Below are positions 17,834-27,071 of a stretch of DNA of 64,000 nt, one piece after another; within the stretch, counting starts at the first letter, position 1, and every line of letters begins with the position of its first letter. The notes beneath the pieces were generated by a model. It was not told where the DNA came from. It searched no databases and was given only the letters and a program-made list of their open reading frames with translations. The position numbers were made by a program, and so were the translations under genes. The DNA lies in sequence record NC_061447.1; one strand, given 5' to 3'.

Positions 17834-18267
17834 TGGAAAATAAACACAAAATCATCGTGCGTATTCTCGGCGATGTTGGTAGCGGTAAGTCTGCTGCCTA
17901 CTGTCGCATTGCTGCGATGCTGAAAGACAGTGGCGCGACCGTTGTTCATGCTGACGAGAAGGCGTGGAACATGTTGCAGAATGCTGGCGAAGCGGCTTCG
18001 GCTCAGGCTGACCTGTATCAGTTTGCTCCAGAAGTTGTTCTGGAAGAAGCCTGCATCCGCACCGACTCCGCCATGTCGAAAAATCAGATCATGCAGTATT
18101 TCGCATACGCCCATCTGCCGCCTCATTTGCAGCGTGTCAGTAAACCTTTCGCGCTGCTGGCGCAAGAGATGGACCTGTATCTGCCTGACGGTGCTGAGAA
18201 GTCTGCGGGTCTGCGTAAACTTCTCGAAGCCAAAGACTGCGCTGTTCGTGCAGTAGTCGCTAAGTAA
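17833..18267 (+). CDS. P-loop-like N-domain fused to an Acb2/Tad1-like helical hairpin
   Basis: GDVGSGKS; C-terminal YFAYAHLP...LPDGAEKSAGLRKLLEAKDCAVRA. Confidence 0.55.
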   Translation: MENKHKIIVRILGDVGSGKSAAYCRIAAMLKDSGATVVHADEKAWNMLQNAGEAASAQADLYQFAPEVVLEEACIRTDSAMSKNQIMQYFAYAHLPPHLQRVSKPFALLAQEMDLYLPDGAEKSAGLRKLLEAKDCAVRAVVAK

Positions 18268-18281
18268 TCTGGAGCACAAAC

Positions 18282-18665
18282 ATGCCTCGTTTTATTCGAC
18301 CGCCTGTGATCGTTAAGTCTGTACCTACAGTATCAACTACGTCAGCTACTGACTTTTTCGGCCAGCTAGCTCCTGTTAACCACGTCATTAATCTGGACGC
18401 TGTGCAGGCGCTGCATCGTGAGATGATTGGTGCGGGTCACATCGAACAGTTCACTGCTGATATCGGTCTGCATCCAGACGACGTTCTGCCTGATAACGAG
18501 AGTCACGTAAGCGTACCAGCTCTCGCTTTCTTCCTTGAAGGTGGCGAGAGTGAAATCTGGTACTTCTGCGGACCTGAGCGTACTTTGGCCGAATGGGCAG
18601 TAGTGCGTGATAAGGTTGAACAGGCTGTGTTCGATAACTCGTACTATCATGAGATCGAAGCCTGA
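18282..18665 (+). CDS. hypothetical protein
   Basis: GGAG SD; apparent paralog of the next gene. Confidence 0.7.
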   Translation: MPRFIRPPVIVKSVPTVSTTSATDFFGQLAPVNHVINLDAVQALHREMIGAGHIEQFTADIGLHPDDVLPDNESHVSVPALAFFLEGGESEIWYFCGPERTLAEWAVVRDKVEQAVFDNSYYHEIEA

Positions 18666-18994
18666 TGCAGTTGAACCTAATCTGCCCTCCGATTGACCTG
18701 CGTGAAGCTGTGTACATGCGGCACGATTATGCCAACGTTGCGATCAACATTCAGAACATCATCTACGTCAGGGCCACGACATTTAAAGTCAGTCCTGACG
18801 AAGAAGGTACGCCTGCAATATCTTTCGTAGTTGTGGGCAAAGACCCTGTTCTGTGGTTGTTCCCCAAACATCGTTTTGGTTTTGATCGAGCTGTTGCTTT
18901 GCGCGATGCTGTACTCGAACAGATAGAGCGTGGTACGTATTCGCAGGACTTCACGACCACGCAGTATCTTGAGGCGTTAAAAATAACCAGCTAA
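18665..18994 (+). CDS. hypothetical protein
   Basis: TGATG coupling. Confidence 0.7.
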   Translation: MQLNLICPPIDLREAVYMRHDYANVAINIQNIIYVRATTFKVSPDEEGTPAISFVVVGKDPVLWLFPKHRFGFDRAVALRDAVLEQIERGTYSQDFTTTQYLEALKITS

Positions 18995-19005
18995 AGGAGG
19001 CGATC

Positions 19006-19032
19006 ATGAGCGATTGGTTCTACGACTGGTAA
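19006..19032 (+). CDS. possible 8-aa micropeptide MSDWFYDW
   Basis: AAGGAGG SD 5 nt before ATG; ends just before a terminator. Confidence 0.35.
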   Translation: MSDWFYDW

Positions 19033-19037
19033 TACTC

Positions 19038-19064
19038 AAAGGGTGGCCATTTGGCTGCCCTTTT
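19038..19064 (+). terminator. intrinsic terminator
   Basis: GGGTGGCC-ATTT-GGCTGCCC-TTTT. Confidence 0.75.
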
Positions 19065-19189
19065 CTGATCTTAGACAACTAAAACAAGCCCATAAGGACC
19101 ATGTAGAACCGTGCGTAAACAGTATAAAACCATGTGTAGGCAGCGTAGAAACACCACCTTTTTCTTGAGCAATGGTAAGCGCTTAAAAA

Positions 19190-19198
19190 CTGTAAATA
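19190..19198 (+). promoter_or_regulatory. CTGTAAATA promoter-like motif
   Basis: After a terminator, 19 nt upstream of dam. Confidence 0.65.
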
Positions 19199-19216
19199 CT
19201 GATAAAGGAGAGAAAA

Positions 19217-20059
19217 ATGACCGTAATCAGTCCAATCCGTTATCAGGGCAATAAGCGAAGCCTTATCCCTCTTATTCTTGAGCACACACCAAGCGTACAG
19301 GACTGTCCTCGTATGGTCGATGTGTTTGGTGGTAGTGCTACCGTCTGCGCTAACATGCCACAGAAGTTTCGCGTGTACAACGAGCTTAGTCCTCAGGTGT
19401 TTGAGATCGTTAAGATGCTGGTGGAACAAGACCCGAAGAAAACTCTCGGTCAAGTCAAGCGTCTGGTCAAACACTGGTGTCTGACAAACAGCAACGAAGC
19501 GAACTATGATGCGTTTCGAACTGTCGTCCAGAAGAAGCGTACACCGATACTACATTACGTTGCACACAGACACGCGCACTCGAACATGCTGCGCTTCAAC
19601 CAGCAAGGTGTGTATAACGTCGGCTTCGGTGATCGTGGCCTGATTGGAAAGTTCGACGAGCTGGAGCATGAACTCACTACCTTCCACAGTCACATGCAGG
19701 GTGTCCACCTGACGAACATGAAGTATGGTAAGTTGCTGAGTCGCTTAGGCCATCAACTGAACTGTAACACGTTCTGCTACTTCGACCCTCCATATCTGGC
19801 GAGCGGTGCAATGCAGTACGGCAAGTGGACGGAAACTAACGAGCGTAACCTGCTGGCCACTCTGGAGCAACTCAATCGTTTAGGCGTACCGTGGATGTTG
19901 AGCAACGTGACCGAGCACCGACACTTCTCAAACGATTTGTTGAAGCGTTGGTTAAAGAAACATGCAACAACCGTGCTGTACCCAAACAAAAGCTATGCGA
20001 TGAACAACGGCCAGAGTGGCTCGCATGGTACTGTTGAAATTCTGGCAATGAACTATTGA
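19217..20059 (+). CDS. dam: DNA adenine methyltransferase (Dam/D12 class)
   Basis: SPIRYQGNK, DVFGGSATV, YNEL, YFDPPY, WMLSN. Confidence 0.9.
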   Translation: MTVISPIRYQGNKRSLIPLILEHTPSVQDCPRMVDVFGGSATVCANMPQKFRVYNELSPQVFEIVKMLVEQDPKKTLGQVKRLVKHWCLTNSNEANYDAFRTVVQKKRTPILHYVAHRHAHSNMLRFNQQGVYNVGFGDRGLIGKFDELEHELTTFHSHMQGVHLTNMKYGKLLSRLGHQLNCNTFCYFDPPYLASGAMQYGKWTETNERNLLATLEQLNRLGVPWMLSNVTEHRHFSNDLLKRWLKKHATTVLYPNKSYAMNNGQSGSHGTVEILAMNY

Positions 20060-20066
20060 GGCTAAT

Positions 20067-20372
20067 ATGACTATGCGTACAAACCAAAAACTTATCTTCG
20101 TCTTAAAGGCTCTGACGCGCAAGCTGGAAGAGGTTAACGCTCTAGCCTGGTCAATATCGAAAGATCCCAAAGATACTTGCGGAGCTATTGATATGTCTGC
20201 CATATCTGACTACTCAGATGAAGGTCTGATCAAAGAAATTGAAATACGCGCCAATCAAATCGAAGAACGTAAGCGCTACATTGCGGGTCTTCATGGCGGC
20301 GCTGATGGTCATTGCCGCGCTGCAAATAGCCAGGCCGACGAGCTTTACCAGAAATACTGCCCCAAGAAGTAA
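20067..20372 (+). CDS. hypothetical protein
   Basis: GAGG SD. Confidence 0.7.
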   Translation: MTMRTNQKLIFVLKALTRKLEEVNALAWSISKDPKDTCGAIDMSAISDYSDEGLIKEIEIRANQIEERKRYIAGLHGGADGHCRAANSQADELYQKYCPKK

Positions 20373-20424
20373 TCTGTAAAACAATAACGTACCAACCATT
20401 TGACTACACATTAAGGATATAAAA

Positions 20425-21006
20425 ATGAAAGAGTTCCTGTCTAAGTATTTCGACCTGCGTGAGTACGATAGCTGGCCACTGGGTCTGATGTTCCTCGGCA
20501 TTCTCTGGGGAATGGCCAGTGACTTCCTGTTCGACTACAACGCCATCTGGCCGTCAATCGTTGTTGTCGCAATCTACTCGGTTGCGGTGGTTCTCGATGT
20601 TCGTAAGATTATGGACAGCGGCAACACTTCGCCATCGTGGGGCTGGTTGCTGTTCATTCCTATCTACTTGTGGAAGCGCGATACACTGACGAAGAAAAAG
20701 AATCGCAATATCTTCTGGGCGTGGATGTTGTTGTGTGTAATCTCTTTCGGCACCAGCTTCCTTGCTATGTCAAAAGACAACAACGTGCAAGTTGAACAAG
20801 ACGTGTGCCGCATTCTCAATACGCTGGATAGTCTGAAAGAGAACGACGTTACCTGCGTTCGTGCGTACAACATGGAAGAGCAATACGACGGCTACTGGAA
20901 AGGTAGTGCGCATCTGTCCAACAACCGCGACGTAAACGTAAGTGCCGACTACAATAAACAACAAGGCATGGTGTACGTTCAAATCCACAGTCTGCTTGGA
21001 GAGTAA
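20425..21006 (+). CDS. membrane protein
   Basis: Several hydrophobic segments and a soluble C-terminal domain; AAGGA SD. Confidence 0.75.
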   Translation: MKEFLSKYFDLREYDSWPLGLMFLGILWGMASDFLFDYNAIWPSIVVVAIYSVAVVLDVRKIMDSGNTSPSWGWLLFIPIYLWKRDTLTKKKNRNIFWAWMLLCVISFGTSFLAMSKDNNVQVEQDVCRILNTLDSLKENDVTCVRAYNMEEQYDGYWKGSAHLSNNRDVNVSADYNKQQGMVYVQIHSLLGE

Positions 21007-21007
21007 C

Positions 21008-21706
21008 ATGGAACAGGAACAAGACCTGCGCGATCTGCCTCAGCACATCGTTAACGGCTTTTCATTCCGCGACGGTTCGGCGCAACTCATGTCCTTTGCT
21101 TTAGACGTCGTTCGTCTTGGTGGTAGAATTGACGAGTCTTTCTGGGAAGACCGCATCGTCGAAGACCCCAACAAGATTGATCTCATGTCCGTTATCCATA
21201 TCACAGGGCCTGTTATTGGTCGCCGTCAGTTTGATTTGTTTGAATCGCTGGAGACCTGCCGCAAAAATGCGCACGTTGTTCTTGGTGCTCTTATCTACGG
21301 CCTCGATTTGTTGATGCGAGAATTGAAGACTGCGTTCCTAAGAGAAGAGGGAGCGTTTACTCGTATTCGCCACAACGAAACGAACATGTTCAGCCGTGAA
21401 CTGATTAGTTATCTGACGCGCCCTGCCGAAGAGAAAGACATTCTGATGCTTCACACGTATCGTCGTCAGTCGGCCAGTCTGTGTGACGCCGAGCCTGTTT
21501 TGTTTGGCATTCACTCCAGTGGCGGCAGCCAGTTTGTCTGGAACGGTGATTGGCGGGCGTACCTGAAGCAGCCACTGGAGATGCGTAAGATGCACCTCTC
21601 CAGCTGGCATCACAATCACGCGCTTACTGAGCACCGCATGAAAGAAATGCTCAATGCGTACCTATATAATAAATTCCCTGAGCAGTTCGGAGGCAAGAGT
21701 GCGTAA
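21008..21706 (+). CDS. hypothetical protein
   Basis: GGAG SD before ATG 21008. Confidence 0.7.
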   Translation: MEQEQDLRDLPQHIVNGFSFRDGSAQLMSFALDVVRLGGRIDESFWEDRIVEDPNKIDLMSVIHITGPVIGRRQFDLFESLETCRKNAHVVLGALIYGLDLLMRELKTAFLREEGAFTRIRHNETNMFSRELISYLTRPAEEKDILMLHTYRRQSASLCDAEPVLFGIHSSGGSQFVWNGDWRAYLKQPLEMRKMHLSSWHHNHALTEHRMKEMLNAYLYNKFPEQFGGKSA

Positions 21707-22037
21707 GATCGTTGCTGTATTGAAAATGCGTTTTCTGGAGCAGTTGCGTAACGGCTATGAAGACGGTCCTCTGTTTGATATCATCTTCTTTGACGGCGAC
21801 CCTAAAGCTGCGCCGGACTTTGTTCGCAACCGCGTGTGCGACAAGCTGTTTCCAAACTGCATCGAAGATTCCATCGTAGGCGGTTATGACTACATGGTAC
21901 TCAACGTTCGTGATATGGACGTTGAAGTCGAACTCAAGCCTGGTGACTTCGTTGTGTTCCGTGATAACGATAGCTTCACGACTATTCGTGGCTTCGATAA
22001 AGCAGAGGTAGTCGATGGCACCCTCATCCTTCACTGA
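21699..22037 (+). CDS. hypothetical protein
   Basis: GGAGG SD before GTG 21699. Confidence 0.65.
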   Translation: MRKIVAVLKMRFLEQLRNGYEDGPLFDIIFFDGDPKAAPDFVRNRVCDKLFPNCIEDSIVGGYDYMVLNVRDMDVEVELKPGDFVVFRDNDSFTTIRGFDKAEVVDGTLILH

Positions 22038-22494
22038 GTTACGTGAGCGTCTGGTTAAGGCGCTCGATATGTCCGTAGTAAGCGACGGCCCATCTGCCTG
22101 TTACGTCGATGCAACTGGCAACCCAATGGGTCTGGTCAGTCAATGGCGTCCTGAGTCGGCAGAGAACATTCTGCTTGTGATCGAGCGCTATGGTCTGCAT
22201 GTCGAGCGCACTGTCGATCCACGACACAAACCAAAGCCTGGCGAAGAAGACAGAATTGTGTGGGAGTTTAACGTGTGGTCCCGCAATCCTATCTATCGCA
22301 ACCTATCTCAGGACTACGGACGTGCGTTGCAGAACGGACCGCGTATCGTTGGTCCTGACCTGACAACTGCCGTGTTTACGTGGGCTGTACTTCGCGCCGA
22401 GCGTGTTAAGCAACTGCGCGAGTCTAAAACAGAAGGTAAGCTCTACCACTTCGGTGCACTGCGGGAGAAAGTCTATGTATCGCCAGCTGAGTGA
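22015..22494 (+). CDS. hypothetical protein
   Basis: GAGG SD, operon packing. Confidence 0.7.
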   Translation: MAPSSFTELRERLVKALDMSVVSDGPSACYVDATGNPMGLVSQWRPESAENILLVIERYGLHVERTVDPRHKPKPGEEDRIVWEFNVWSRNPIYRNLSQDYGRALQNGPRIVGPDLTTAVFTWAVLRAERVKQLRESKTEGKLYHFGALREKVYVSPAE

Positions 22495-22885
22495 TGATGC
22501 CTCGTCCGATGAAATCCGCCGTTACTACGAGCAGATTCATCGTGATGCCGAAGCGGTCATGCAGCAGGTGTGGGCGCTTCGTGGTTGGACTGTACGTTGG
22601 GCATGGCACAATGGCATTTGCGACGATTGTGAGTTTGTCTTTGACGAGACAGGCAAGTGTCGGGGTACTAAGTCTGACTGCATCCCACAACAAATGGGCA
22701 TAGCTGATCGCATTGACGAGCTAAAGCTGTTTGTCTCGCATACCAAGAAATCTGTAAAGATCAGCAACAAGGGCGATGAAAATCCAGTTGAAGGTAAAGG
22801 CCGTAATCTGCGGCTTGCCTATCTTGATTGGTTGCTCAACGTCGAAAAGAGAAAAGCGGAGGAAAGAACGTGCGCTGCACCTTAA
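22475..22885 (+). CDS. hypothetical protein
   Basis: GGGAG SD before ATG 22475. Confidence 0.65.
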   Translation: MYRQLSDDASSDEIRRYYEQIHRDAEAVMQQVWALRGWTVRWAWHNGICDDCEFVFDETGKCRGTKSDCIPQQMGIADRIDELKLFVSHTKKSVKISNKGDENPVEGKGRNLRLAYLDWLLNVEKRKAEERTCAAP

Positions 22886-23391
22886 ACGAATTACCGATTA
22901 ACATCACTCAGGCTGAACACATCATGGCGAGCGTGTTTACTCTGGCTGGTGCTTCAAAGTCAAAACGTCGTGCGACTGCTGCGATGTTGATTCATTTCCA
23001 CAACGGCTTCCCTACCATTGTGAGCAGCGGCGTTAACGGTACTGAGCCTGGCGCAAGCAACGTCATGGAGAACGAAGACCTGACGTTATCGCTCGACACG
23101 GTTATCCATGCAGAGGTGAACTGCCTAAACCGCATGGAAGAGTACAGCATGTGGGCAAACGAAGAAGATATTCTGTTCTGCACCGATTCGCCGTGCCCTA
23201 ACTGTTTGGCTGATCTCGAAGCCGAAGGCGTTAAGACAGTTGTGTATGCGCGTGAATATCGCCTGACTGATCATCTGGACGCATCTCCTATCAAGATGTT
23301 CTGTCTGGATATGGACAGCGTTGTCCGGCGTATGCAGCACGGCATCGACCGCATCAAAGAAGTGATCGCAACAACACCAGCGTCTAACTAA
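22870..23391 (+). CDS. dCMP deaminase
   Basis: GVNG, IHAEVN, TDSPCPNC, VVYAREYR zinc-deaminase motifs. Confidence 0.88.
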   Translation: MRCTLNELPINITQAEHIMASVFTLAGASKSKRRATAAMLIHFHNGFPTIVSSGVNGTEPGASNVMENEDLTLSLDTVIHAEVNCLNRMEEYSMWANEEDILFCTDSPCPNCLADLEAEGVKTVVYAREYRLTDHLDASPIKMFCLDMDSVVRRMQHGIDRIKEVIATTPASN

Positions 23392-23416
23392 GACCAATAA
23401 CTGAGAGGCTCTCAAC

Positions 23417-24199
23417 ATGGAAAAGCATTACAACACTGCGCAACCTACAGAGGCACAGATACGTCAGGTTACTGACGCAGAAGATCGACGGTTCTTAGAC
23501 GCAATGGCTGAGATTGAAAAAAGTCGTCGCCGTAATCTGGAGCGTTTTGTGCAGATGATTGAATCCAGTCCTGAGTTGAGGGCCAAGTACGGTCTGTGGC
23601 TAGACAAGGATCAGAAGAAGTTTGAGAACCTCGACCTGTCTGCGCTTGAGAAAGTCATAGCCTCGCAGGCTGATGTTCATGCTGATCGTATGCAGCAGCC
23701 ACGCGGACATGTCTCACCTACGTTACGTCGCACGTCAGGCGTAACTCGCGGTGTTGTGCAGCGCTTTCCTATAATGATGGACAATCTGCCTCGTGATGGA
23801 CGTATTAAAGTTGACGTAGCACCAGGGAAACGTATTATGCAAACTGATATCTATGCAGGCAATGTGAAGACCGAAGATTTGGGCGATGCGCTTGCCGCAT
23901 TTGCGTATGGTCTTAGTGGCGAACAACTTGGCGTTATTCCTGCTGAGTCTGGTGGCGGCCAATCTACACCAGAACATCTCCCTCTGCATTATCTGCAATC
24001 TGAGAGAGGCCTTATCGTCGATTTCAAAACAACCGGCGACCCTAAAGGCCCTCAGGGTTCTGGTCGTGCGCTGCGTGTACGCCGTGGCTCTAATTGGTCT
24101 GCCGAACGCCGTGATCGTGCTGCAACATCCGCTTCTGATCGCAAGAAGCTCCGTGCCAAAACACGCGCCCAGAAGAAAGCGCGTCGTAAACAACGCTGA
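23417..24199 (+). CDS. hypothetical protein with basic C-terminus
   Basis: 260 aa, GAGG SD. Confidence 0.7.
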   Translation: MEKHYNTAQPTEAQIRQVTDAEDRRFLDAMAEIEKSRRRNLERFVQMIESSPELRAKYGLWLDKDQKKFENLDLSALEKVIASQADVHADRMQQPRGHVSPTLRRTSGVTRGVVQRFPIMMDNLPRDGRIKVDVAPGKRIMQTDIYAGNVKTEDLGDALAAFAYGLSGEQLGVIPAESGGGQSTPEHLPLHYLQSERGLIVDFKTTGDPKGPQGSGRALRVRRGSNWSAERRDRAATSASDRKKLRAKTRAQKKARRKQR

Positions 24200-24209
24200 G
24201 GTAACAGCA

Positions 24210-24698
24210 ATGATTGATCTTAAAGAAGTTGCGATTCAGCGCTACCGTGCTCTCGGTCTGCCTGATGATTTTATGAATCTCTTCCCAGACGATGACGCTG
24301 CGCGTTTTGTGGATAGTCTCTCCGAAGAGAAGCGTCGCAAGATGGTTGTCGGCCTGGCGCTGCTGCAACTCCAAATTCCTGATGAAGTTCGTTTTGAGTT
24401 ACTGACGAACCATCTGGACGAAACTGAGCGTCTGGTTAATACTGCGTATCAGGACCTGAGTGCCTCGCTTGTGAACAAGCTGACGCAAGCAGGTGACGCG
24501 GAAACTAAATCGACACTCGGTAGTGTTCGTCTGGCTATGCTGATGAACATTCTGGGTTTTGATGATGCCACTCTCACTGGCGTCTTGACCGACCCGATTC
24601 TCGCTCGTCGCGCCAGCCTTGTTGCTGTGACGTGCATGAACGAGATGGGTCAGAAAATCCAACAATTGTACGACGAGAAAAGCAATGAGCCAACCTGA
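24210..24698 (+). CDS. hypothetical helical protein
   Basis: GAGGT SD before ATG 24210. Confidence 0.7.
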   Translation: MIDLKEVAIQRYRALGLPDDFMNLFPDDDAARFVDSLSEEKRRKMVVGLALLQLQIPDEVRFELLTNHLDETERLVNTAYQDLSASLVNKLTQAGDAETKSTLGSVRLAMLMNILGFDDATLTGVLTDPILARRASLVAVTCMNEMGQKIQQLYDEKSNEPT

Positions 24699-24843
24699 AA
24701 ACCCCTTAGCGAAATTCTTCGATGAATCTGCATCTATCCCTGGTCTGGACGAAGCCCAAGAGCGTGTTGAAACAATGCGTGACGGTGGCGGTGAAGTTGT
24801 AGAAGCATCCGATGAATGCGAAGGTGGCGGCTGCAAGATCTAA
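24685..24843 (+). CDS. 52-aa acidic protein ending in an NrdA-like redox tail (DECEGGGCKI); not in ORF track
   Basis: Translated by hand: MSQPENPLAKFFDESASIPGLDEAQERVETMRDGGGEVVEASDECEGGGCKI; immediately followed by a terminator. Confidence 0.7.
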   Translation: MSQPENPLAKFFDESASIPGLDEAQERVETMRDGGGEVVEASDECEGGGCKI

Positions 24844-24846
24844 TTC

Positions 24847-24869
24847 ATGGGGCCTAGTGCCCCATTTTT
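24847..24869 (+). terminator. intrinsic terminator
   Basis: ATGGGGC-CTAGT-GCCCCAT-TTTT. Confidence 0.75.
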
Positions 24870-24880
24870 GTTTGGAGAAC

Positions 24881-25411
24881 ATGATGCAAACAGCATACCG
24901 TTGTAAACACTGCAAGTATGTCCACATCGGAAAAGTCAGTAGCTGCGACTGTCAGGGCAGCACAAAATTCGAATACACGTTGGTGCAAATCATTGACGTG
25001 CCTGAGAACGAAGACGGTGTACCTCCGTTCAAAGATCTCAAACACTCACGCGCTCAACGTTACGTCAACGTAAAGAACGGAACGTATGGCAACGGCATTT
25101 ATGAGCTACGTGAAAAGCGAGAAGGCGAGCGCTACTGGTGGACGCATCTGGGTCAGATGCAAAGCGGTCTGGACAGCACTGACGCAGGATATAAGATGTG
25201 CGAAGATAACCGCAGAGCCAACTGTGTGCTGGCTGCTGCTGGTCCTGTTATGCTCGAAGCGCTGTACATGACCTATCAGTATTTCCATCGTAAGCGTCTG
25301 GTGCAAGGCGATACGCCACAGACTGCTATGCGTCTATCCATCATCGCAGATGCAATTCGTCAGGGCACAGACCTGTCTGTGTTCGACACACCTCAGATAC
25401 CTAAGGAATGA
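24881..25411 (+). CDS. hypothetical protein (CxxC...CxC N-terminus)
   Basis: GGAG SD before ATG 24881. Confidence 0.65.
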   Translation: MMQTAYRCKHCKYVHIGKVSSCDCQGSTKFEYTLVQIIDVPENEDGVPPFKDLKHSRAQRYVNVKNGTYGNGIYELREKREGERYWWTHLGQMQSGLDSTDAGYKMCEDNRRANCVLAAAGPVMLEALYMTYQYFHRKRLVQGDTPQTAMRLSIIADAIRQGTDLSVFDTPQIPKE

Positions 25412-26049
25412 CCATGTTGATTGATACGTTGAAAGCTATACCTGCGGTAATCCTGTGCTACATCCTCTGGCGTTATGTCACGAACAAGGTCGAACGTGAC
25501 CGCCACTTGATCAAAGCGCAGGAACACTACAACTGCGGTCGTCTTGACAGTGGCAACGTTTGGGTCCATTTGAAAACTGGCCGACCGTACACTGTGCTGT
25601 GTCTGACCAATACAGGCACTTCAAAGGCTGGGTGGGAGGTTAACGTCGTCTACACGAATGACTTTGAACAGATCTACAACAGGCCTTTCAGTGAGTTCTG
25701 CCATAAGTTCACGCACGTTAGTCGTGGTGGAAATGAAGAACACTTCACTAATATTCTGGCTGGCTTGCAGATGGAGGCTAACACCCGCATCCTTATTCCT
25801 CGTGAGGGTGAGATATGGTTTGAAGGCACAGTCCATGCAACACCGCCAGAGTTAGTTGCACGAGGCCACGCGCCTCAGGTTGTATCTCAACGCCGTGCGC
25901 ATGTTGATATGGTGCTTGGCTTAGGTGAAGCGCATCCAGTCGTTGTATATACTGTAAATGAAAAGCAGACAGCAATGTTGCTCTCGCAATTCATTTTCAT
26001 CTATCGCAAAGAGGTGTCCTTCGATGGAACAACCAGCTCTTGTGTTTAA
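25408..26049 (+). CDS. membrane-anchored protein with DUF1653-like domain
   Basis: N-terminal TM; WVHLKTGRPYTV...VVY...YNRPFSEF. Confidence 0.6.
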   Translation: MTMLIDTLKAIPAVILCYILWRYVTNKVERDRHLIKAQEHYNCGRLDSGNVWVHLKTGRPYTVLCLTNTGTSKAGWEVNVVYTNDFEQIYNRPFSEFCHKFTHVSRGGNEEHFTNILAGLQMEANTRILIPREGEIWFEGTVHATPPELVARGHAPQVVSQRRAHVDMVLGLGEAHPVVVYTVNEKQTAMLLSQFIFIYRKEVSFDGTTSSCV

Positions 26050-26371
26050 GTACGTGATGTTCGTCCGCACTCGTAATAAAGAGCGTACGGACGGCGTACA
26101 CATGCCAGTGATCTTTCCGTCGCATATCATGCACTCTGATATGGACGAAGCCATGATTGGCTACGCGGTCTATAATGGCCACGTGGAGAATCACTACTAC
26201 CAGCAGATGAAAGCCGTGTCTGCTGGCTTCATCGATCTGCGTACCCTTCAATGCTTCGGTGAGTCTGAATCTCTGGAACTCAAATCACGCCCAGAAGACA
26301 GTCAGATAATTGCCGAGTACATGAAGACTCAGGGCAAAGGTGCAGAAGCGCCTCCAGAGGACGACGCGTAA
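26024..26371 (+). CDS. conserved phage hypothetical protein
   Basis: PVIFP..H...VSAGF...CFGESESL..KSRPED pattern. Confidence 0.7.
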   Translation: MEQPALVFKYVMFVRTRNKERTDGVHMPVIFPSHIMHSDMDEAMIGYAVYNGHVENHYYQQMKAVSAGFIDLRTLQCFGESESLELKSRPEDSQIIAEYMKTQGKGAEAPPEDDA

Positions 26372-26712
26372 TGGACATGCTTAAAGCAATCTGGAACAGT
26401 CCTTTCTGGGACGAGCCTATCAGTGCGTTCGTCGTGCCTGTTATCGTCATCGGCTATTTCATTTTCACCGAATGGCGTGAGCGTCGTACTCTGCGTTTGT
26501 CCCGCAAGGCTTTCGCAGACGGCTGGGGTCCTAAGAAGAATGCGCGTTTTCGTCACAAGTGGTTCCCGTTTATGACGTGTCGCGTTGACTTCTACTCGAA
26601 CAGCCCGAACGATAAGTTCACGCCGTCCGTGTTCGTACAAAGAAATGGTGGGCGTTATGTTGAAATGCCTGCCTGTGTATTACGCTACCGCTACAGCGAG
26701 ATAAAAGAATGA
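26371..26712 (+). CDS. hypothetical membrane protein
   Basis: One TM segment, TAATG coupling. Confidence 0.65.
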   Translation: MDMLKAIWNSPFWDEPISAFVVPVIVIGYFIFTEWRERRTLRLSRKAFADGWGPKKNARFRHKWFPFMTCRVDFYSNSPNDKFTPSVFVQRNGGRYVEMPACVLRYRYSEIKE

Positions 26713-27071
26713 CTCCAGTAATTCGCTTTGATGCTAAGACGCGTGAACTGCTGGCAAAGATCTTCGGCATACACAAGCCGTTCTTTGTCGTGCGTCGAGA
26801 TACAATCATTGGCGGCCCAGGTCCTGATTCAGATTTAGGTTCAGCGCTGGGCTTTCGTGTGTATCTGTCTAATGGCACGAACACTGTTACCGTTCCTCGC
26901 GTCAAAGGTCTTGACCTTGGCGACAAGCTCTATCTGGGCGAAGACGAGGAAGTGTACGAATGGCATCCGCATTTCGACCGTGAGTACATGGCAGTCGGTG
27001 ATAGCCAACCAGAAGCACTCGCCTTCGAACTCCATCCAATCATCTACCATAAAGACAGACGGAACTCGTAA
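26709..27071 (+). CDS. hypothetical protein
   Basis: ATGA overlap. Confidence 0.65.
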   Translation: MTPVIRFDAKTRELLAKIFGIHKPFFVVRRDTIIGGPGPDSDLGSALGFRVYLSNGTNTVTVPRVKGLDLGDKLYLGEDEEVYEWHPHFDREYMAVGDSQPEALAFELHPIIYHKDRRNS

